Part shown: positions 1-7,508 of the stretch, one piece after another | Layout: each line of letters starts with the position of its first letter | How positions within the stretch are numbered: position 1 is the first letter of the stretch | Assembly: GCA_028713935.1 (NCBI GenBank) | Contig: JAQTNI010000035.1 | Location: 1 to 13,947 of the forward strand | DNA length: 13,947 nucleotides | Reading direction: 5' to 3' | From: Candidatus Iainarchaeum sp. | GTDB taxonomy: Archaea; Iainarchaeota; Iainarchaeia; Iainarchaeales; GCA-2688035 | Position numbers and translations under genes: made by a program | The notes under the pieces: model-generated | The model's database searches: none | The model's input: the letters and a program-made list of their open reading frames with translations, nothing else | Told to the model about the DNA's origin: nothing

Positions 1-156
1 CTTGGCCAGATACTCGGCTTTGAAGTTGACACAAAGCCATTGCTGAAAGAAGCAAAAGAAACAGAAAAAGCGCTCATCAGCCATCTTGAACAGCTGAAAA
101 AAACAGGCGAAGAAGTAAAAAAATTTGAGGACATTCAAACCCCAATGTACACCTGA
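1..156 (+). CDS. 3' end of a CDS that starts before the window; tentatively a PAC2/PbaA-like proteasome assembly chaperone C-terminus
   Basis: Frame 1 is open from the window edge to TGA at 154-156. It translates to LGQILGFEVDTKPLLKEAKETEKALISHLEQLKKTGEEVKKFEDIQTPMYT. The ILGxEVD + charged helix pattern and the terminal M-Y-T (hydrophobic-Tyr-X, HbYX) match my recollection of archaeal PAC2/Pba C-termini. No search was run. Confidence 0.4.
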   Translation, partial: LGQILGFEVDTKPLLKEAKETEKALISHLEQLKKTGEEVKKFEDIQTPMYT

Positions 157-165
157 AGTGATGAA

Positions 166-501
166 ATGCCAGCAAAAAAACCTGCCAGAATTTCCGGAAC
201 AGCAAGGGGAAAAGCCACAATTAACCTTTCACAAGGCAGAGGCATTCGGGGAAGGATTGTTCTTAATCTGGGCTCTGGAAAAAAACCAGTGCCAAAAAAA
301 TCTTTAACTGGAAAAGGAGGAAAAAAAATGCCACCAACAGGAAGGCCAACTAGAAAGCCAGTGCAACCAAAAATTCCGCATTACGATATTCCGGGACAAA
401 AGGCACAATTCACTGCACAGGGAAGCAAATACTGGATAAAGAGAAAAAAAGATGAATTCGCAATACAGGCTGCGAAAAGGCCAAAAGTAAGATATGTCTA
501 A
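166..501 (+). CDS. Highly basic hypothetical protein (111 aa from ATG 166; alternative 57-aa product from ATG 328)
   Basis: ORF in the track. ATG 166 lies 10 nt after the upstream stop and is preceded by GTGAT. An in-frame ATG at 328 is preceded by AAGGAGG (314-320) with a 7-nt spacer. The sequence is Lys/Arg/Pro/Gly-rich. Its C-terminal half carries the module also found at the N-terminus of the next gene. The antisense ORFs look like artefacts. Confidence 0.5.
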   Translation: MPAKKPARISGTARGKATINLSQGRGIRGRIVLNLGSGKKPVPKKSLTGKGGKKMPPTGRPTRKPVQPKIPHYDIPGQKAQFTAQGSKYWIKRKKDEFAIQAAKRPKVRYV

Positions 502-524
502 AAGGGTTTAACAAAAGTTTTTTT

Positions 525-1493
525 ATGCCGAGAAGAAGACCACAGTATAGTATTCCTGGGCAAGCTGCCGATTTTAATGTACTGGGCAGCAGATATAACA
601 TACGCAGGCGGCCAGACGAGATTTTTGTAGAAGGCAGGAGAGTTCGCAGGAGAGAAATCAATGTAAGAGGCGGGCAAACCCATATCCATGTACATACTGG
701 AAGGCCAAGGAGAAGAAGGGAAGCTGCAACACCGCAGATTGATTTTGAAGCAAGGCGCAGGGAAATTGACGATGCAATCGGAAAAAGGGCAAGGCAAATT
801 GCGCTTTTGGCAAATATGCCTGCCAGGACTTTTGAAGAAGCCGCAGAGAGAGAACAGGCAATACATGCAGGCACAGGCAGAAAAGTCCTGACAAAAATTG
901 TTGATTTTCAAGGGGAACAAAGGCTTATAACGGAAAAGGCAACTGCAAGGGCAAATGAAAAAATTTCCGGCCTTGAAAGGCGCTTTGGAAGGCAGTTGAA
1001 TACAGCGGAAAAAGCAGCTGTTCTGAATGGCGAGCTTAAAAAAGTCAGGGAAAGCTTAATGGCAAATGATTTGAGAAGCAAGGCTCATCCGATAAGAGGC
1101 ACAATTGGATTAAAACAGTCCAATCCCCTGAATGTTGGGAAAGCCTGGTTTTTGCATCCGATTAAAACAATTGAAAAATTGCTGATTACTCCTGCGGCAT
1201 TGAGAAAACAGGGAATTGGAAGGCAAAGCAAAAGAGGGCAAATAAAATCCTTTCGCAAAGATGCAACAAGAAAATCCGGGGCTTTTGCTGAAATTGGCGG
1301 GGAAACAAGGGCAATTGGAATTTTTACGCAGTATAGGGGAAGAGTACTGGATGCTTTTGATGAATTTCGGAGAACAGGAAATAATGTTGTTTTTGAAAGG
1401 GCTGTAAAGGATGCTGAAAACTGGGCACAGTCCCAGATTTCCGGTGAAGGCAGCTTAATGTCAGATTACAGGACCAGAAGAAAGGCCGCATAA
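525..1493 (+). CDS. Hypothetical protein, 322 aa, with an Arg-rich N-terminal ~70 aa followed by a helical charged region; no family recognised
   Basis: Long ORF with a purine-rich coding strand like the other genes here. The overlapping minus-strand ORFs (410-874, 498-920, 658-894) are Cys/Leu/Phe-rich antisense-type translations. The N-terminus MPRRRPQYSIPGQAADFNVLGSRYNIRRRPDEIF is paralogous to the C-terminal half of the upstream ORF. Confidence 0.6.
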   Translation: MPRRRPQYSIPGQAADFNVLGSRYNIRRRPDEIFVEGRRVRRREINVRGGQTHIHVHTGRPRRRREAATPQIDFEARRREIDDAIGKRARQIALLANMPARTFEEAAEREQAIHAGTGRKVLTKIVDFQGEQRLITEKATARANEKISGLERRFGRQLNTAEKAAVLNGELKKVRESLMANDLRSKAHPIRGTIGLKQSNPLNVGKAWFLHPIKTIEKLLITPAALRKQGIGRQSKRGQIKSFRKDATRKSGAFAEIGGETRAIGIFTQYRGRVLDAFDEFRRTGNNVVFERAVKDAENWAQSQISGEGSLMSDYRTRRKAA

Positions 1494-1497
1494 AAAA
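1492..1497 (-). terminator. Oligo-T tract (T6 on the minus strand) just downstream of the rbkR stop; possible archaeal intrinsic terminator in an 11-nt convergent gap
   Basis: The + strand reads taaaaaac at 1491-1498, which gives GTTTTTTA on the minus strand, 8-13 nt after the TGA at 1505-1507. Archaeal termination commonly uses oligo-T tracts. Confidence 0.3.
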
Positions 1498-1504
1498 CTG
1501 TTTG

Positions 1505-2158
1505 TCAGGCAATCCTGATTTTTGTTTTGCTTCCTTCTTTGAGGGAAAATTTTTTTCTCAGGAAAACAGGCGAAATTATTTCAATTGTGTTTTTTTGGTG
1601 CTTTGTGCGTTCAGGAATAATTATTGCGCCGTTGGCATTGAAAATTTTTATTTTGAATGCTTTGAGGTTTCCGAAGCTTCTTTCTTTTGTTGAAAATCCT
1701 TCAATAAAAATTGGCTTTGAATTTAAAAGGAATTTTTCAAGTTTTTCCTGTTCAACAACAATGTTCAAAGTGCCCAAATAAGGCCTGAAGCCAAGCAATT
1801 TTTTGAATTGTCCAAGGTAAGGTTCCTGCGAAACATAGTACCTGCCTTCGCCAAAGCCAAGTGAAACCTTGCCTTCAAGTTCCCTTGTTTTTCCTTTTGA
1901 AAAAAATTTTTTTAATTCAAAAAAATGTTCCCTTGCAAGCGCAATTCCTTTTTCAGTAAGGGAAATTTCGCATCCTTGAGGGGAAGAAGCAAGAGTAATC
2001 AAGCCCTGTTCTTTCAAGGAGCGGAGTTTTCTTGAAACAGTCTGCTGTGAAACTTCAAGTTCTTCGGAAATTTTTCCCGTGCTTGTTTTTATTGAACTGA
2101 AAAGGCCTGTTTTTTTTGCGAGAAACAAAAGCAAAAAAAAATCTCCCTGTTTCTTCAA
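1505..2158 (-). CDS. rbkR: RbkR-type bifunctional protein: N-terminal winged-HTH regulator fused to a CTP-dependent riboflavin kinase (MJ0056/RibK family)
   Basis: The C-terminal half is GKVSLGFGEGRYYVSQEPYLGQFKKLLGFRPYLGTLNIVV...GAIIIPERTKHQKNTIEIISPVFLRKKF. It aligns by eye with MJ0056 motifs (GLGEGRYF, GFEPYEGTLN, VPKKTYH..IEIIAP..LR). The N-terminus ISEELEVSQQTVSRKLRSLKEQGLI is a typical wHTH recognition region. The start is TTG at 2158; there is no in-frame ATG nearby. Confidence 0.9.
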   Translation of the reverse strand: MKKQGDFFLLLFLAKKTGLFSSIKTSTGKISEELEVSQQTVSRKLRSLKEQGLITLASSPQGCEISLTEKGIALAREHFFELKKFFSKGKTRELEGKVSLGFGEGRYYVSQEPYLGQFKKLLGFRPYLGTLNIVVEQEKLEKFLLNSKPIFIEGFSTKERSFGNLKAFKIKIFNANGAIIIPERTKHQKNTIEIISPVFLRKKFSLKEGSKTKIRIA

Positions 2159-2205
2159 AAAAACACCTTTAAAAAAATAGTCTTGGCTTGATGCAAATGA
2201 AATTG

Positions 2206-5200
2206 TTATTTTGCCCTGTGCTTTTTTTCAGCCCTTAACCTGAACATGAATATTGTGCAGAGCAAAAGCGAAAGAAATACAAGCATTGCAATTCCTTCTG
2301 GCAAAGAAGGCAGGTTGAATGGCATTCCGCTGCCTCCCCCGACATTCACTGTCAAAGGATTTCCGCCTGGAACCTGTGAAACTTTTCCATCAGCGCCAAC
2401 AGCAGTGCTGAAGCCTTTCTGCCTGAAGGCCTCGTCAAGCGGTATTAGCTGGGCATTTTCAGGATACCAATTGCCTGTTGAAGGGTCATACCAGAAGCTT
2501 CCATTGGGGCCAGTTGCAGTCTTGAGAATTTCATTTGGCTGCTTGTTATAGGAAATAACAGGGGCACCGTTTTCAGCTCCAAAATCAAGGGTATGGGTTT
2601 GCCCATCGGCAGTAGTGAATTTTATTCCAGTGGGAGTTTTTTCTATTGCGCCGTTAATTGGCTGGTCATAAACTTCTCCAGTTTGCTTGTTAATCATTTT
2701 GAAATACGGTTTGCAAACCCCGTTTTCAAGCTTGGAGTAAAAGATGTACCTGTGGGTGTCAGTGTCAAAAACCTGGAAAGGCCCCATTTTTTGCATTGAT
2801 GCATTGAAATTGTCAACTTTTGCGGCAATTGCATCGCTGCCTGACTTCGGGATTGCTTCAAGGTTAATGGCAGGCTCTTCACATTGTGTTTCAGGATTTT
2901 TTACTGTTGTTGGAGTTGCAATCAAGCCTTCAACATCGTTCTGATTCAAAATCGCCTTGTCATGCCTTTTCAGCCAGATAAGCAATTCGTTTGTTTCTGC
3001 CTTGTAAACAATTACTCCCTGTTCAAACTGGATCGACTCCATTTTTCCGACTCTTGCAAGACCCTTGCCGCCCGCATTGCCTGACAATTCAATGTCCCTG
3101 CTTGCATTTATTGAGGCGGCTGCACTGTCACCATAAACAATTTCCCTTGGGATGCCTTCAGCAGTGATTGTCTTGCTTAATTCATCGGCAACAATGCTTG
3201 GATGGGTGTCAGAAACAATTGATTTTACTTTTCCGAATGCATCGCTTAAATTCTGGCTGTTCAGCTTCACACCTGTCTGCTCTTCAACTCCCTGTTTAAT
3301 GCAATTCAAAATGCTTTGCCCTACAGGGGAGGTGGTATCAACAAGCAATTCGGAATTTATTCCCATCTGGAAAATTCTGTCTGTAGAACCGGAAGGCAAA
3401 ACAATTTTTGTCATTCTCTGGGGAATTTCCCAGGCAGGAATGTTTCCGTTAGGCGCAGCCAATCTTACCTGGTCAGGAGTTGTTATTACCGGCTTTCCGT
3501 CAAAAGAAATCTCTCCTTTTGCATTGTCAATTTTCAGTTCAGTGCCATTGTCAGTGTCCTTAATCAGTGCCTTGCTTGTTTTGTCATATTTTGAGGCATT
3601 CTGCTCTCCCTTGTACCACAAGAAAAACAATTGCTTGCCTTCAAAATTTCCCGTTGTATAATTTTTTGCATCAACTTTTGCCTGCAAAACAGATTTTGCA
3701 TTTGCCTTGTCGGCAAGCTGCTGTGTTTCCTCTTTTACCTTGTCTTTTACAACATCAACAAAAGTCTTTGACTTGTCATCAGGATTAGAAGGGCCGAGAA
3801 CGCTGCCTGTCAGGTTTTTGAAAATGTCAGTGGCTTTTTCAGAGCCAAGCTGATTTGGAGTCTCGGCTTTTTTTTCCTGTTCTTTTGCAGGCGCAAAAAT
3901 ATGTATGTAATACCCTTCCACATCATCAACACAGTCCTGGAATTCTGGTGCAATCAAAATCTGCTGCATTGCAGAGCCGAAAATTCCTGGCCAGCCGAAA
4001 ACAAAGTAACCCATTGTTTCGCCGAAAGAAAGGAAAGCCCCTATTCTCTGTGGCTTGCCATCAACAATTTTTCCAAAAGAGCCGACAATTGGAATTTTTT
4101 CCAAAGCATCTTTGCAGGTTTTCTTGTCATTCTGCGCCTGCACCAAATCCAATTTTGTATCCCCTGCATCTGATTTTTCAGGGCCTGTCCAGTCAATATT
4201 TGTGTGGTGCGCAAAAGAAATAAGAGTAGAGCCTTTTTCCTTTGCATCATCAGAGATAACATCTTCAAGCAGTATGCTGCTTAATCCTTCCCTTGTTTTC
4301 AGGGAAATTCCTGCAGTGCCAATTCCTGTTTCTGGATTAACTCCTTTTGGGGCATAATTCCAGCTGCAGGTTTTGCATTCATCGCCTGTCTGGGAAAACA
4401 ATGCAACATTTTCAACATTCGACCTATAACCTGCAGGGCCTTTTCCAGTAATATAATTAAATTTTTCTTCAAGTGGCTTGTATTGCTCTGTTGCCTTGTT
4501 CAAAATCATTTTCCATGGCAAAACATTTAAAACCTGGGCAAACAAATCGCCTTCATCGCTTCCTTCGTTTGCAAAAAAATCCATGAAAGCATCATTGTAC
4601 AATTTTGTTTCTCCAAGGGAAAGCTGGGCTGCTCTCCAGGAATCAGGCAACTGGTAAGCAGACAATCCTTCAAAGCCAACTCCTCTTTTCAGGCCCCAGT
4701 AAACAAAAGGCATTACTGTCCATTTTGTGCCTCCTTTCAATGAAAAATAACTTTTTAAAATTTCTTCTTCCTGTGCCATTGCCTTGTCAAGCAAAGACAA
4801 ATACCTGCGGTTCTGGCCTGCCCAGCCTTTTTCAATCAATGCATTGTACAGCCTGTCTGCATGGAGATTCATGTTTCCCATAATCCTGCTTTTCACCCTG
4901 TATCTAGTGAATCTTGCTGCCCAGTCTTCAGGAGTCATGTCAATTTCAGGCTTCCATCCAAGGTCATAAACCCTTATTTCCCCTGTAGGAGTGCCGCTTT
5001 TCAGGATATGCCCAACAGAAGTGGAGTCAAGCTTTATGAATTCACCATTTTCAAGCTGGATCATTTTGTCCTGGAACCTTGAAAAGTGCTTTTCAACATC
5101 CTCTACTGTATAAGAACCCAAAAATTTTCCAGTCGGGTCTGGCTTGTACATTTTCAAAAATCCATCAGGAGTTGTTTCAAAAATCCTTGCATAGTCTCCC

Positions 5201-6846
5201 CCGGGAGGGCTGGCTTCCCAATTTGCCCAGGTTCCGTCCCTTTCAAATTTTGCCATTATTCCGTTTATATTGGCAGAGTCTTCAGTCAGGGTAATCATTG
5301 TGCCTGTTTTTGCATCCTTAACAGCCATATTATATATGCCGGCTGCCTCGTCCTTTGCCCAGAATTCAGGATAATCCAGCCTTGTCACCCTGTCCATGTC
5401 TCTCATCAGCCTTGAAGTTTTTTGGCCATAGTCAATTAATGCTGATTTTCCTTCAATGCTGTCCATTCCATATTTTTCAACTATCTTGGCGTATTCACCG
5501 GAATAATCATCTATCAAGGCACTGTTTGTTTTTGCAAAGCTTCTCCATTCTTTTATAAGCTTGAAAAATTCTCCCCGCCTTACAGGGTCTGTTATTTCAG
5601 TGTCAAGCTTTCCGCCTGCCTTGAGCCAGTCATCCAAAAGCCTTCTTGTGCTGCCGCCTTTTATCATTTGATAGCCTTCCTGCCAGCCAGTTCCTTCCCA
5701 TAAAATTTTTCTGTACTCCCCAAAGCCGAACTTGTCAATACGCGCAGCAGTATTGGCAGCCCTTGCATCCCCAAGCAGAGAGCCTGTTGTCATAAAATTT
5801 TTTCTGAATGCCTTGACAAAAGAATTGTTAGACAAGTCCCAGGGCCAGCCTCTTCTCCCCAAATAACCAAGATATCTTTTTGCCTGTCCAAGCAAGGTTG
5901 GGCCAAAATTGCTTATCACCATTTCAGAAGAAAACCAGGAATTAAAATATTTGTCAAAAGCACTGTAACTGCTGATTGTGCAGTCAGCTGTCTGGCAAGT
6001 AGAGCCGATTTCAGCGCCAAAAGACTGGGTCTTAATGCTGTTTTTAATTGGATTTCCTGGAACTCTTGAAACCTGTTTATAAGTTACTTTTTCAGGGTCT
6101 GTTTCAGAAGCCAAGGCAGTCTTGATTTGCTCTGTTTCCTTGTCAGTATAAGTATCCTCCACATCAGGCCCAATTCCAACCCAGTCTTTCAAATCATTCC
6201 AGACATTCTTGAAATCCTGTGTTATTCCTTCTCCGCTGTTCCTGAATTCTAACTGCCTGTCAATCATTGGGCAGGAATTCTGGTTCTTGTCCAATTGAGA
6301 CTGCAAATCTTCACATCTTCCAATTCTCAAAGTATCGTCAAGGGAAATTCCAACTGCAAAAGGCCCCTGGCTTGACTTGTTAAACAAAAAAGGGGCTTCT
6401 CCGGGATTAAATTTTAAGTCAGGCAACGTGTTCAGGAAAGCCTCATTGCCATTCCCTGTTGGGAGAACTATTTTTGAATTTTCAAGCTTGTCCCTGTCAG
6501 CAGGCTCGGTTTTTTTTGCATCAGGCGCTTCAATTGCTTTTCCAGTAAAAGGCTTTGCATTTAATTCGTCAAGGCTTTGCACTGCCTGTTTCAGCTTTGC
6601 AATCTCGCCTGGAAGCAAAACAGTTTCTCCAGGCAAAGTGTTTGAAGGATTTTTGCAGGCAAACTCAGTGAGTTTTCCGGTGTCATTTGTTGCAGGAGGA
6701 GTTGCGGGCTCAGAAGGCGGAACTGTTGTGCCATCAGTGCCGGTCCCTGTATCTGAAGCGCCTGTTTCTGCAAAAGCAAAACTGCTGTTTAAGATAAGCG
6801 CAATCAGCAGAATGCTAAAAAAATCAGCTAACTTGTTTTGCTTCAT
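2206..6846 (-). CDS. Giant (1546 aa) secreted, C-terminally membrane-anchored surface protein; candidate S-layer protein or adhesin, family unknown
   Basis: Uninterrupted 4.6-kb ORF. The ATG at 6846 gives MKQNKLADFFSILLIALILNSSFAFA|ETGAS, a Sec-type signal peptide with an AxA site. A Thr/Pro/Gly-rich linker follows. The ectodomain has 12 Cys and many N-x-S/T sequons. The C-terminus is LPSLPEG + IAMLVFLSLLLCTIFMF + RLRAEKKHRAK (motif, TM helix, basic tail). The track start at 6852 is a TTG two codons upstream. Confidence 0.9.
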   Translation of the reverse strand: MKQNKLADFFSILLIALILNSSFAFAETGASDTGTGTDGTTVPPSEPATPPATNDTGKLTEFACKNPSNTLPGETVLLPGEIAKLKQAVQSLDELNAKPFTGKAIEAPDAKKTEPADRDKLENSKIVLPTGNGNEAFLNTLPDLKFNPGEAPFLFNKSSQGPFAVGISLDDTLRIGRCEDLQSQLDKNQNSCPMIDRQLEFRNSGEGITQDFKNVWNDLKDWVGIGPDVEDTYTDKETEQIKTALASETDPEKVTYKQVSRVPGNPIKNSIKTQSFGAEIGSTCQTADCTISSYSAFDKYFNSWFSSEMVISNFGPTLLGQAKRYLGYLGRRGWPWDLSNNSFVKAFRKNFMTTGSLLGDARAANTAARIDKFGFGEYRKILWEGTGWQEGYQMIKGGSTRRLLDDWLKAGGKLDTEITDPVRRGEFFKLIKEWRSFAKTNSALIDDYSGEYAKIVEKYGMDSIEGKSALIDYGQKTSRLMRDMDRVTRLDYPEFWAKDEAAGIYNMAVKDAKTGTMITLTEDSANINGIMAKFERDGTWANWEASPPGGDYARIFETTPDGFLKMYKPDPTGKFLGSYTVEDVEKHFSRFQDKMIQLENGEFIKLDSTSVGHILKSGTPTGEIRVYDLGWKPEIDMTPEDWAARFTRYRVKSRIMGNMNLHADRLYNALIEKGWAGQNRRYLSLLDKAMAQEEEILKSYFSLKGGTKWTVMPFVYWGLKRGVGFEGLSAYQLPDSWRAAQLSLGETKLYNDAFMDFFANEGSDEGDLFAQVLNVLPWKMILNKATEQYKPLEEKFNYITGKGPAGYRSNVENVALFSQTGDECKTCSWNYAPKGVNPETGIGTAGISLKTREGLSSILLEDVISDDAKEKGSTLISFAHHTNIDWTGPEKSDAGDTKLDLVQAQNDKKTCKDALEKIPIVGSFGKIVDGKPQRIGAFLSFGETMGYFVFGWPGIFGSAMQQILIAPEFQDCVDDVEGYYIHIFAPAKEQEKKAETPNQLGSEKATDIFKNLTGSVLGPSNPDDKSKTFVDVVKDKVKEETQQLADKANAKSVLQAKVDAKNYTTGNFEGKQLFFLWYKGEQNASKYDKTSKALIKDTDNGTELKIDNAKGEISFDGKPVITTPDQVRLAAPNGNIPAWEIPQRMTKIVLPSGSTDRIFQMGINSELLVDTTSPVGQSILNCIKQGVEEQTGVKLNSQNLSDAFGKVKSIVSDTHPSIVADELSKTITAEGIPREIVYGDSAAASINASRDIELSGNAGGKGLARVGKMESIQFEQGVIVYKAETNELLIWLKRHDKAILNQNDVEGLIATPTTVKNPETQCEEPAINLEAIPKSGSDAIAAKVDNFNASMQKMGPFQVFDTDTHRYIFYSKLENGVCKPYFKMINKQTGEVYDQPINGAIEKTPTGIKFTTADGQTHTLDFGAENGAPVISYNKQPNEILKTATGPNGSFWYDPSTGNWYPENAQLIPLDEAFRQKGFSTAVGADGKVSQVPGGNPLTVNVGGGSGMPFNLPSLPEGIAMLVFLSLLLCTIFMFRLRAEKKHRAK

Positions 6847-6853
6847 ATCCAAC

Positions 6854-7387
6854 TTAACCCCAATATAACAGGAAAACTATTCCGTTTATTATCCATGGAA
6901 ACACGAAAAGTATTATTATTGTTACCAAGAGGCCTGTGCAATAGGCAATAACAAAATTTTTTGCCAATTGCGGAAACTTTTTTTCTTTGAGCTTGTCAGA
7001 AGCGAATTCCGCAAAAAATTCAAGTGGCAGCACTATTATTGTAAGGATAAGCGCATTGACAAGGATTTTCAGGATTGTGAGAAAAATAGCGACTGCAATG
7101 TCAGCGGGAGTTATTGCAAGCATGCCTGGCGGTATTTGCTTTGCAAGAATGCTTTCTGAAAAGCCAAGGTAATAGGGAAAGACGTATAGAAAAATTAATA
7201 TTATTGTTACTGCCAAATATGTTGCAATCAGCGCGCTTTGAATCCAGTTCAGGCTGAATTTTTTTACAAGCCAGTTTTTGAAGAAAAGCGCTGGAATTGA
7301 AACTAAAAAAAGAGGAATTGCAATTATAAGGGCAATCCTGAGCAAATCAATTATGCCGAGTGCAATTGATAAAACATCAAGGGCCAT
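6854..7387 (-). CDS. Polytopic membrane protein (177 aa, about 5 TM helices), unknown family; likely co-transcribed with the giant surface protein gene
   Basis: ATG at 7385-7387. The sequence has long hydrophobic stretches separated by short charged loops. Its TAA at 6854-6856 lies only 7 nt before the ATG of the giant gene. Confidence 0.8.
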   Translation of the reverse strand: MALDVLSIALGIIDLLRIALIIAIPLFLVSIPALFFKNWLVKKFSLNWIQSALIATYLAVTIILIFLYVFPYYLGFSESILAKQIPPGMLAITPADIAVAIFLTILKILVNALILTIIVLPLEFFAEFASDKLKEKKFPQLAKNFVIAYCTGLLVTIIILFVFPWIINGIVFLLYWG

Positions 7388-7410
7388 GAGTTAATTTAAA
7401 GTTGGAACTA

Positions 7411-7419
7411 ATATAAAAA
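7411..7419 (-). promoter_or_regulatory. TATA-box-like element TTTTTATAT, 24-32 nt upstream of the ATG at 7387 (leaderless or short-leader transcript)
   Basis: The + strand reads atataaaaa at 7411-7419. The position fits the archaeal TATA box, centred about 27 nt upstream of the transcription start. It lies in a 79-nt, very AT-rich divergent intergenic region. Confidence 0.4.
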
Positions 7420-7508
7420 GATTATTAAATCAAAAAAAATATACATTACTGGCAATTTGCTGAAATTTGGGGAATGGTGGATTTTTGGCAGAAGAAATTC
7501 CAAGAAGA

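Noticed and set aside
410-920. Minus-strand ORFs of 154, 140 and 78 aa overlapping the basic-protein genes
   Set aside because: Their translations are Cys/Leu/Phe/Ser-rich with no charge pattern, typical of the antisense of purine-rich coding DNA. They overlap each other and the better-supported + strand genes.
2209-2240. LPSLPEG read as a Gram-positive LPXTG sortase motif
   Set aside because: The sequence is L-P-E-G, not L-P-x-T-G, and the context is archaeal. It is kept only as a generic tripartite sorting-signal hypothesis.
2246-6868. About 20 plus-strand ORFs (60-170 aa) inside the giant gene
   Set aside because: All lie antisense to one uninterrupted 4.6-kb ORF. They are pyrimidine-strand translations rich in F/L/S/C with no start-site support.
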